Source of the DNA: Planctomycetota bacterium
GTDB lineage: Bacteria; Planctomycetota; PLA2; JAEUHO01
Assembly (NCBI GenBank): GCA_050248855.1
Contig: JBFWRP010000039.1
Span: 1 to 36,518 of the forward strand
DNA length: 36,518 nucleotides
Reading direction: 5' to 3'
Position 1 is the stretch's first letter, and each line of letters starts with the position of its first letter. The translations under genes were made by a program, and so were the position numbers. Below, in pieces: positions 27,601 through 35,007 of the stretch. The notes below the pieces were generated by a model. It was given only the letters and a program-made list of their open reading frames with translations. It ran no database searches and was not told the origin of the DNA.

Positions 27601-28436
27601 AGATCGCGGCGCACGCCGACTTCGAGACCGCCGTGCGCAAGATCGGTCGCATGCGCGACCCCGTCGTGGAAGCCTGCCTCATGCTGCGGGCACGCATGGA
27701 CCCCGAGTACCTCGGCGTCTCCTGGCCGGGCCCGGGGGGGCGCCGCGCCGTGGACCACGCCAGCGAAGACCTCGCGTTCCTCGGCGCACGTCCCGCGCTG
27801 CAGCGGGCAGTGGACGCACTGCGTGTCGGCGCGCGGACCGACATGCGTCGCCTGACGCGGCTCCTGGACGAGGGCCTGCTGCTGCGCGTCGCGGAGCACA
27901 TCGGGATCCCGCTCGAGGCGTTCCGGGGCGAATCCCTGCGGGCCCTGGCCATCGCCTACCGCGGTGACTACGAGGGCGTGAAGACCCTGCTCTCCTCGGG
28001 AGCGGTGCTCGACGAGGCGCTGGCGGGCGTCCTCGAGCAGCCGCTTGCCGCCGTCGTCCTCTGGCCGCGTCCGCGGTTGAAGCGCATGTTCAAGCGCTGG
28101 TGGGCCGCGCACGGCACGCGCCGGAAGGACGCACGTCGCGCCTTCTGGCGGTTGGCCGTCCACGACGTGGGCGTGCGCAGCGCGCTCGAGGCATGGGGCA
28201 TGCATGGGGAGGCCGACGCCGCGGCCGAGGGCACGCGTCGCGTCGCCGACCTGTTGCGCCACCCCCGGCGCATCAGCGAGCAGGTGGTCACGCTGCGCGC
28301 CGTGCAGACGCTTTCCCTGATCGACCTGCTCAGCTACCGCACCCACGTGTTCCAGCTGGGCGGCTACGCCGCGAGCGGCGACGACCCGCGCGAGCGCCTC
28401 ACGCTGCTGCCCGTTCCCGAGCCCACGGTCGGGTAG
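24627..28436 (+). CDS. ~1270-aa membrane protein with an Ion_trans-type voltage-sensor domain (S1-S4) and no recognisable pore domain
   Basis: S1 FERLVLLLIFVVVGILLVE; S2 IDTLACGIFLTEFFVKL; S3 IDFIPSIPF; S4 RWGRLLRLIRITRVARYLR. Start (GTG 24627) uncertain. Confidence 0.8.
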   Translation: MIEPPNAPLPNAPLPVALGQLEACVSAVGADSEAPPARRARALAAIESDLCLALAEHASAPDLAGLRGHPVMAAMEAWGDDARQLAEPEAATAAEQLVERLVADEGERWQRTATALLDRTEGDEVQAARLFEHLLEATALEREALCRDRDHDDPTPVGTAREPVREALAAAKPSARQREQWVRALVDCADDVLTGVDDMPPARAAQHLRLVADDVAWHRRTIEPGRGVGKPLDRKLRRLRVEVQERQLQDALEDRFGARTVSRFERLVLLLIFVVVGILLVEALFDPPLAVQVALTAIDTLACGIFLTEFFVKLALVKGRGSWFLRHVLIDFIPSIPFGLLTLHDKLVAADQARWGRLLRLIRITRVARYLRVLLPLIRMMRAYGFLARGLDRLMRRYGELLNRNVILYPRREEREAARRLGEGAARRAARLRTRLDEAWRVLLRSAPPEERAAVLATRVDALAAARERGWLQRPARQDLVTVRTTVEVPAEAFFDRLESVTPEQLEAEYGQDFVARCARATRLFARPPIRWFPVLRHAVPRLAPGMTDAQITAAAAHALGRELRRHHDRVMALGDLHGTVTPAELVDRVGTVMFRASLRPARKLLLVGGVFLLLQGAAGVFGLDARGWAAWIESLIGDTLLLLGGICLLVLGIGWWLRSLAGRATAFYEQVAHAQYLALTEAIKGRYLTRDAEIFEQRVLAPESRVVPGAVTANGASRRELFLRVVRSWLVAPSSGADSGVSETLDRVVMLYRDSLDGALFVENDNRTTAQLLGDPALQEMRRLAWCFDRHDERQLLRLDLLRKRTFFGGPYLWFSFISKAVTQDVARLIVDYNRHAIPLAELRRSTPKEREAYERWKRGANDDLHGSKFHPRDVVYQTTAFKALHFLDVDPGRDAEVAAVYGEDVAAKLVADRQVLVREIFGTYPRHLRPKERRVANLYQLYNDWLQGGRGLFIPFRLLLLFLKSTWAAVLWIARAVGEIRRTEQRLHPEIAAHADFETAVRKIGRMRDPVVEACLMLRARMDPEYLGVSWPGPGGRRAVDHASEDLAFLGARPALQRAVDALRVGARTDMRRLTRLLDEGLLLRVAEHIGIPLEAFRGESLRALAIAYRGDYEGVKTLLSSGAVLDEALAGVLEQPLAAVVLWPRPRLKRMFKRWWAAHGTRRKDARRAFWRLAVHDVGVRSALEAWGMHGEADAAAEGTRRVADLLRHPRRISEQVVTLRAVQTLSLIDLLSYRTHVFQLGGYAASGDDPRERLTLLPVPEPTVG

Positions 28437-28449
28437 GGAGCTTGGCGGT

Positions 28450-28479
28450 CGAGGCGGCGTGACCGCCGCCTCGTCCTTC
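28450..28479 (+). terminator. Terminator-like hairpin after the VSD gene
   Basis: 10-bp stem CGAGGCGGCG / CGCCGCCTCG with only a weak pyrimidine tail. Confidence 0.45.
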
Positions 28480-28536
28480 ACGTGGTCCCCATCGGTAGCG
28501 ACGTGGTTCTTCCCTGTCTGCGTCCACCCTCCGCGC

Positions 28537-30834
28537 ATGGACAAGACCCTGCTCATCCTGCTCACCCTCCTGCTCACCCTGCTGGTCGTCGGCTGCGGCG
28601 GTGGGGGCGCCTCGCCCGTCGCGACCGACGGCAGCGCCGACCCCGTCGTCGAGCAGTTCGATCCCCTGCTCGTGCGCAGCGAGGGCTCGCGCGCGTACCG
28701 ACTGCTGGGCCGGCATTTCGCCCGCCGCGGTGACACGGTGGCCGTCACGCTGCACGCGCGCACGGGTACGCCCTTCCTGGACGGGACGTCCGCCGTGCTC
28801 GAGGCCGTCGGCAAGGTCGACTCCGACCGCCAGGTCCGCGGGACGCTGCCCGACCCGCGGATCCCGCGCACGTGGCCCGGCGTGGTCGAGGCCGACGTCG
28901 AGGTCCGCTTGGCCGGAGGTGGCCGCGCGATGTTCACGCAGCCCGGCGCACGTCTGGAGCCCGACGCCTTGCGCATCACCGGCACGGAGCCGGTCCTGAT
29001 CCAGGGGACTCCGCCCGGGCCGGCCACGCTGCTCGGGGAGGGCTTCGGGCCCGTCGGCTCCTCGGCCGTCATCACCTTCCGTACGGTCGCCGGCACGCCG
29101 TTCCTCGATGAAACCGCCGCCAGCGTGGACGTCGTGGGCAGCGTGCTGTCGCCCACGCAGATCGCGTTCACGTCCCCCGAGGTCGATGTGACGGGGTCGT
29201 GGTTCTGCGAAGTCGCCGTCCGGCTGGAGGACGGCAGCGAGGCCGCGAGCGACCGCTGGTACGCGCGCTTCGAGGGTCCGCCCCCGCCGCCGCCCTTCAC
29301 CGTCGGTGTCGTCATCCCCAGCAGCTACGACACCCAGGTTCCTTCCGTGATGCTCGTCCAGGGCAGCGAGCTCACGCCCGTTGGCGGCATCGCCACGATC
29401 ACGGTCGTGGCGGCTTCGGGCACGCCCTTCCGCGGCGGCACGACCGATCGCCTGACCGTAGAGGGCCTCATCACCTCGTCCGCCAGCGTGCGCGCCCTCT
29501 CGCCGCTCCCCGGTCTCGACGTCCTCACCCTCGCGCCCCTCACCCTCGCGGAGGTGTACGTGCGCTTGCCCGACGGGCGCGAGGAACAGGCCCTGAACAC
29601 GATCGCCTTCGTGCCGCACGTGGGCACGCCGCGCGTCGTCATCAACGAGGTCGACTACGACCAGCCGGGCGTCGACACCGGCGAGTACGTCGAGCTCTAC
29701 AACGCCGGCGACGGGCCGGCTTCGCTCGGCGACTACACGCTGCAGCTCGTGAACGGAACGGGGGGTGGCGGCACGATCTACCAGGGCATCCCGCTCCCCG
29801 ACGTCTCCCTGCCGCCGGGTGGCTACTTCGTGGTGGCGGGGGACTCCAGCGTCGTGCCCGAGGCCGACCTCGACGTCAGCCCCGACAGCAACCTGATCCA
29901 GAACGGGGCCCCGGATGCCGTGGGCCTCGTGCGCAGCGGAAGCGTGGTCGATGCCCTGAGCTACGAGGGCGACGCGGCGCTTCCCTGGATCGAGGGCACG
30001 GGCGTGGGCCTCGTGGACGATGCCTCCGCTTCCGACCAGGCCATCGGGCGCTTTCTCGACGGGGCGGACACGAACGCCAACGCCTCCGACTTCGACGCGC
30101 GCACGAAGACGCCCGGTGCGTCCAACACGGGGCGCCCCGAGCGCCTCCTGGCCGTCGGCGCCTTGGGCTCGCCGAGCAACGAAGGCCACGTGTTGCAGCT
30201 GAGTCCCTCCGAGGCCCAGGGGATCTCGCTCGGCGCCATCGTCGGCGGCGACGGGCTCGGCGGGCTTGCCTTCGACCGCGACGGGCGTCTGTTTGCCACG
30301 TCGCGCTCGATCGCCGGCACCAGCGACCTCCTGGCCCTCTCGCCGATCGGCGGGCAGGTCGTGTTCGCGCTCGGAAGCGTCACCGCCGGAGGGACGGCGC
30401 TCGACGTCGCCGACCTCGCTGCCCATCCCCACGACGGCTCGCTCTTCGCGCTGGTGGACGAAGGCACGGGCGCCGGCCGTCTCGTACGTGTCAGCACCGC
30501 CGACGGGCGCGCCACGGAAGTCGGCGTGCTGCCGCTGGCGGCCGGCGAGTCGGTCGGTGGCCTGGCCTTCACGCCGAGCGGCACCCTCTACGCGACGACG
30601 CGCGGCTCCGTGTCGCGCCTGCTGACGTTGCGCACGTCCGACGCCCTCGTGCTGACCAGCGTGCCGCTCCTCCTCTCCGAGTCCACGGGCTTGGCCGTGC
30701 GACCTGCCGACGGCGTGCTCTTCGCCACCGTGGCCGGCAGCGACGCGATCTGGAAGGTCGAGACGACGGGCACCGCGACGCCCCTCGGTGCAACCGGCGT
30801 CGGCGAGCCTGCGGATCTGGCGTTCCAGCCGTGA
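28537..30834 (+). CDS. Lipoprotein with Ig/IPT-like repeats, lamin-tail domain and C-terminal beta-propeller
   Basis: Lipobox LLVVG-CGGGG; LTD motif VVINEVDYDQPGVDTGEYVELYN...IQNGAPDAV...TPG; propeller blades GLAFDRDGRLFA, GLAFTPSGTLYA. Confidence 0.8.
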   Translation: MDKTLLILLTLLLTLLVVGCGGGGASPVATDGSADPVVEQFDPLLVRSEGSRAYRLLGRHFARRGDTVAVTLHARTGTPFLDGTSAVLEAVGKVDSDRQVRGTLPDPRIPRTWPGVVEADVEVRLAGGGRAMFTQPGARLEPDALRITGTEPVLIQGTPPGPATLLGEGFGPVGSSAVITFRTVAGTPFLDETAASVDVVGSVLSPTQIAFTSPEVDVTGSWFCEVAVRLEDGSEAASDRWYARFEGPPPPPPFTVGVVIPSSYDTQVPSVMLVQGSELTPVGGIATITVVAASGTPFRGGTTDRLTVEGLITSSASVRALSPLPGLDVLTLAPLTLAEVYVRLPDGREEQALNTIAFVPHVGTPRVVINEVDYDQPGVDTGEYVELYNAGDGPASLGDYTLQLVNGTGGGGTIYQGIPLPDVSLPPGGYFVVAGDSSVVPEADLDVSPDSNLIQNGAPDAVGLVRSGSVVDALSYEGDAALPWIEGTGVGLVDDASASDQAIGRFLDGADTNANASDFDARTKTPGASNTGRPERLLAVGALGSPSNEGHVLQLSPSEAQGISLGAIVGGDGLGGLAFDRDGRLFATSRSIAGTSDLLALSPIGGQVVFALGSVTAGGTALDVADLAAHPHDGSLFALVDEGTGAGRLVRVSTADGRATEVGVLPLAAGESVGGLAFTPSGTLYATTRGSVSRLLTLRTSDALVLTSVPLLLSESTGLAVRPADGVLFATVAGSDAIWKVETTGTATPLGATGVGEPADLAFQP

Positions 30835-30837
30835 GAG

Positions 30838-32682
30838 CTAGCCGCTGACGGGCTTGCCGTCCTCGCGCTCGATGGCGATCACGCAGGGGCGCGGCGGCAG
30901 CTTGTCGTCCATCTCGTGGGGGAAGCGCGTCGACGGCGCGTCGAAGGTGCTGCCTTCGCCCGGATGCTGGATGGCCACGAAGAGCGTGCGGTCGTCCGGC
31001 GTGAAGCAGGGTCCGCAGACCTCGGCGCCGGGCACCGCGGAGAGGAAGCGCTCGGGCCGCCCGCGCCCCGGGCCGTCCAGCGGCACGCGGTAGACGCCGT
31101 CGTGGATGCAGAGCGCCTTGGCCTGCCCGTCGGTGGTCACCCACAGCGCACCGTGGCGGTCGAAGGCGAGGTTGTCGGGGCAGGAGAGCACGGCGTCGCC
31201 GTCCGCCGTGCCGCCCTCGGTCGCCGGGCCCGCAAGCAGCAGCAGGTCCCACGTGAACGCGAGCGAGGTCGGGTCGTCGCCGTCCTCGACCCACTCGAGC
31301 AGGTGGCCGTGGGGGTTGGGGCCCCGCGGGTTGGCGGCGTCGATCGCCCTGGCGCTGCGCTTCGTGTTCTTCGTGAACGCGGCCACGACACGTCCCGTTC
31401 CCGGCAAGGCCTCGACGTCCTCCGGTCGGTCCATCGGCGTGGCCCCCAGCAAGGTCGCGGCCTGGCGCGCGCGGATCAGCACCTCGGCCTGCGAGCGGAA
31501 GCCGCGCTGGGGCCCGAGCGGGCCCTCGCCGAACACGAGCGGCAGCCACGTCCCGCGACCGTCGTCTAAGCGAGCGACGTAGAGGGTGCCCCGGTCGAGG
31601 AGATCGCGTGCCGCGGCGCGGTTCGCCGGGTCGTAGCGACCCTCGCTGACGAACTTGTAGACGTGCTCGTGCTCGGCATCGTCGCCGCTGTACACGACCA
31701 CGCGACCGTCGGGCGCCACCACGATGCTGGCCGCTTCGTGGCTGAAGCGTCCCAAGGCCGTGCGTTTGACGGGCACGCCAGCCGGGTCGTACGGGTCGAT
31801 CTCCACGAGCCACCCGTGGCGGAAGATCTCGTGGGGCTCGTCGGCCACGCGGAAGCGCGCGTGGTGGCGCTCCCACCCGAAGGCACTCCGCGCGGCGACG
31901 CGCGCACGTCGGAGCTCGTCCTCGAGGAGGGCATCGGCGGGCGCGCCGTCGGCCGCGAAGTAGCTCTCGAAGTTCTCTTCCGCCTGCAGCCACGTGCCCC
32001 ACGGCGTGAGGCCGCCGCTGCAGTTGGCGAAGGTGCCTTGCACGATGCGGCCCGACGCGTCCGCCGAGGTGCGGAGCCACGGATGGCCCGCGGCCGGGCC
32101 CGCCATCCGGATCGGGGTGAACGCGCTCACGCGCCGGTTGCGCCCGCTGCGTGCCACCAGCTGCCAGCGGCCGTCGACATCGCGGCGGATCTCGGCCACG
32201 TTGAGGCCGTGGGCGGCCATGTCCACGTCGCACCGCTCGCGGGTCAGCGTGCGCGCGGTACGGGGTTCGTCCGGCCACATCAGCTCGGGCGACGTGTACT
32301 CGCTCGAGACGCAGAGCAGACCGTGGGCGAGGCCCGGCGCGCCGCGAGGGAGCGGCAGGTAGCCGACGAAGTCGGCGTTGTAGCCCATCTGCCGCGACTG
32401 CGCGGCCACGTCGTGGGCCCGCGGGTCGAAGGACGGCGCATCGGGGAGCAGCGGGTCGCCCCAGGCGAGGACGGTGTGGTAGCGGTGGCCCTCGGCGAGG
32501 CGCAGCGTCGGGCCCGCATCGCCGGGGAACGGCGTGAAGGGGCCCGGCGCCGTGCCGTCCTCGCTCGTGGCGTCGGCTCGCGCCGTGCGGGAGAGGCCCA
32601 GCGCAACGGTGGCCGCGCCGGCGGCGAGGAAGCCGCGCCGCGACAAGCGGGCCGCGACGATCTCCTGGAAAGTGCGTGCCAT
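30838..32682 (-). CDS. phoX: PhoX-family alkaline phosphatase (Tat-exported)
   Basis: SRRGFL Tat motif; NCSGGLTPWGTWLQAEEN; KRTALGRFSHE; TPMDRPED; PDNL; IQHPGE. Confidence 0.93.
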   Translation of the reverse strand: MARTFQEIVAARLSRRGFLAAGAATVALGLSRTARADATSEDGTAPGPFTPFPGDAGPTLRLAEGHRYHTVLAWGDPLLPDAPSFDPRAHDVAAQSRQMGYNADFVGYLPLPRGAPGLAHGLLCVSSEYTSPELMWPDEPRTARTLTRERCDVDMAAHGLNVAEIRRDVDGRWQLVARSGRNRRVSAFTPIRMAGPAAGHPWLRTSADASGRIVQGTFANCSGGLTPWGTWLQAEENFESYFAADGAPADALLEDELRRARVAARSAFGWERHHARFRVADEPHEIFRHGWLVEIDPYDPAGVPVKRTALGRFSHEAASIVVAPDGRVVVYSGDDAEHEHVYKFVSEGRYDPANRAAARDLLDRGTLYVARLDDGRGTWLPLVFGEGPLGPQRGFRSQAEVLIRARQAATLLGATPMDRPEDVEALPGTGRVVAAFTKNTKRSARAIDAANPRGPNPHGHLLEWVEDGDDPTSLAFTWDLLLLAGPATEGGTADGDAVLSCPDNLAFDRHGALWVTTDGQAKALCIHDGVYRVPLDGPGRGRPERFLSAVPGAEVCGPCFTPDDRTLFVAIQHPGEGSTFDAPSTRFPHEMDDKLPPRPCVIAIEREDGKPVSG

Positions 32683-32826
32683 GGGGAGATCTTCGCCGCG
32701 GCGGCCATCGCGGCCACGCGGTCGGCGCCCGGATTCACGCTTCGCTACACGCGCTGCACCCCGCGTCTTCCGCGGATCTTCACATGGTTTCGGCATCCTC
32801 CCGGCCTTCGGGAGGGATCCGACATC

Positions 32827-33714
32827 ATGCGCGATCACGTACGGGCTCTGCTCGTGGGCGGCGTTGCCGTCCTCGCCTTCTCCGCCTGCACCAGCAACGA
32901 GTGCTGCAAGGCACGCAGCAAGGCCAAGGAAGCCGCGGAGTCGGCCCCCGAGCCGCTGCCCGGCGACCCGGTCATCGTCGTCGAGGGCGCTCCGGTCTAC
33001 ATCCAGGACGCTCCGGTGTACGTTCCGGCTCCGGCCCCGGCTCCCGTGGTCTCCGCCACGACGACCAAGCCGACGCGTCGGCCCTCGGCCGCCCTGTCCC
33101 GGTCCGGGTTCCAGGTCTTCGAGGACGACGGGCGCATCTGGGTGCTACGCGACGGCAGCGAGGACCTCGCGGAGTACCTGGCGGTCGGCGAGCCGGCCAA
33201 GAGCGTCACGCTGATTGGCGTCGGCCCCGGCGGCCGCACCGTGCGCAGCTCCGACAAGGCCACGATCGAGGCCTGGCTGGGTGCGTACGGGATGGTGGCG
33301 GGCCGCTCCACCGCGTTCGGTCGTCCCGGCTTCGACGTCTTCGAGCGCGATGGCCGGCTGTGGGTCTTCGCGTCGGGGAGCAAGGACCTCGAGGAGTTCC
33401 TCGCCCACGGTGAGCCCGCGAAGAGCGTGACCCTCGTCGGCGCCGGCCCCGAGGGCCGCACGCTGATCGGTCCCTCCCGCGAGGTCCTCGACTCCTACCG
33501 CACGTCCATCCGCTACGGGGCGCCCGGGTTCGCCGTCTTCCTCGACGACGGCCGTCTGTGGGTGCTGCGCGAAGGTACGGAGGATCTGGAGCAGTACCTC
33601 TCCGTCGGCGAGCCCGCGAAGAGCGTGACCTTGATCGGTGTCGGGCCCGAGGGGCAGACGGTTCGCGCACCGGATCGCGAGACCGCCGACGCCTGGCTGG
33701 CGACCATCCGCTGA
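32827..33714 (+). CDS. Lipoprotein with three ~60-aa tandem repeats, unknown function
   Basis: GGGAGGG SD; lipobox AFSA-C; repeat GFxVFxxDGRxWV...GEPAKSVTLxGxGPxGxT starting at 33106, 33328 and 33526. Confidence 0.85.
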   Translation: MRDHVRALLVGGVAVLAFSACTSNECCKARSKAKEAAESAPEPLPGDPVIVVEGAPVYIQDAPVYVPAPAPAPVVSATTTKPTRRPSAALSRSGFQVFEDDGRIWVLRDGSEDLAEYLAVGEPAKSVTLIGVGPGGRTVRSSDKATIEAWLGAYGMVAGRSTAFGRPGFDVFERDGRLWVFASGSKDLEEFLAHGEPAKSVTLVGAGPEGRTLIGPSREVLDSYRTSIRYGAPGFAVFLDDGRLWVLREGTEDLEQYLSVGEPAKSVTLIGVGPEGQTVRAPDRETADAWLATIR

Positions 33715-33825
33715 CGAACAGGCGCCGTGAACGCGCCGTGTAGGGCGCGTCAACGACGGCGCTTGCCGCACACGCGCTTCTGGCCGCGTGCTCTCCGCCG
33801 GGCTACTCCTCCCGGCGGAGGACCG

Positions 33826-35007
33826 ATGCGCTGGGCTCTCGCGCTTCTCGTCACCAGCGGTACGTGGATGGCCGTCGACCATGTCGGCCCGCCCGCGACA
33901 TGGACCGTCGCTCCGTACTTGCGCCACGTGCGCGCCGATGGTGTCACGGTCTGTTTCGAGAGCGCCACGCCCCGGCCCTCGCGGGTGCGCTACGGCCCGG
34001 GCCCCGACCGCTGCCACGTGACCGCGAGTGCTGCCGCCTGCTTCCACGCGGTGGACCTGGAGGGCCTCGAGCCCGGCCGCGTGCACAGCTACGTCGTGGA
34101 GTGGCAGGACGGCGAGGGCTGGCACGCGACCGATCCCGCGCCGTTCGTGACCGCGCCCGTCGAGGACGTGCCGTTCACGTTCGCGGTCGTGGGCGACACC
34201 CAGGACCAGCCCATCGTGTGGCGCGACGTGGCGGCCCGGGTGCAGGAGGCGCGTCCCGCGTTCCTCGTGCACGTCGGCGACCTGGTGGGCAACGGCTTCG
34301 AGGCCGAAGCCTGGAACCGCGAGCTGTTCGGTCCCGCGCGAACGCTGCTCGCCAGCGCGCCCCTGCTCGCCGTACCGGGCAACCACGAGGAAGACGCGCC
34401 GGCGTGGTACCGCTACGGAGCGTTCGCCCGCGCTTCGCACACGTGGCAGCGGCGGTATGGGAGCCTCGAGCTCTTCGGCGTCGACAGCAACCGACCCTGC
34501 GGCATCGGCAGCGTGCAGGCGACGTGGCTGCGCGAGGCGCTCGAGGGCTCCACGGCGCGCTGGCGCGTGGTCCTGCACCACCACCCGGTCTGGTCGTCGG
34601 ACAGCGACGACTACGGCGACGCCCGGGACGGCTTGGCGGCTTCCGGGGACCCGCGCGTCCAGGACCTGAAGGCGATCTACGAGGACGCGGGCGTGGACCT
34701 CGTGCTGTCCGGGCACGTCCACGGCTACGAGCGGACATGGCCGATCCGCGGAGACCGCGTGGACCGGGAGCGCGGTGTCACGTACATCGTGACCGGCGGG
34801 GCCGGCGGGTACCTGGACGCGTTCGGCCCGGCACCGCCGTGGTTCAGCGCCACGGTCCGCGCCGTCCACCACCACCTGCTCGTGTTCGTCGAGAGCGACC
34901 GCCTGACGGTGCGCGCACACGACCGCGAGGGTCGCCTGATCGACCAGGTCGTGCTGCTGCCGCGCGAGCGGTCAAGCGCTCTGGCGGGTACGCGGGCGCA
35001 CGAGTAG
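33826..35007 (+). CDS. Purple-acid-phosphatase-like metallophosphoesterase with N-terminal FN3-like domain
   Basis: Motifs VVGDTQ, HVGDLV, PGNHE, HHHP, SGHVHGYER, YIVTGGAGG; GGAGGA SD. Confidence 0.9.
   Translation: MRWALALLVTSGTWMAVDHVGPPATWTVAPYLRHVRADGVTVCFESATPRPSRVRYGPGPDRCHVTASAAACFHAVDLEGLEPGRVHSYVVEWQDGEGWHATDPAPFVTAPVEDVPFTFAVVGDTQDQPIVWRDVAARVQEARPAFLVHVGDLVGNGFEAEAWNRELFGPARTLLASAPLLAVPGNHEEDAPAWYRYGAFARASHTWQRRYGSLELFGVDSNRPCGIGSVQATWLREALEGSTARWRVVLHHHPVWSSDSDDYGDARDGLAASGDPRVQDLKAIYEDAGVDLVLSGHVHGYERTWPIRGDRVDRERGVTYIVTGGAGGYLDAFGPAPPWFSATVRAVHHHLLVFVESDRLTVRAHDREGRLIDQVVLLPRERSSALAGTRAHE

Noticed and set aside
33106..33702. DNA direct repeats as a CRISPR array or mobile element
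   Set aside because: They are in-frame protein repeats with synonymous variation.
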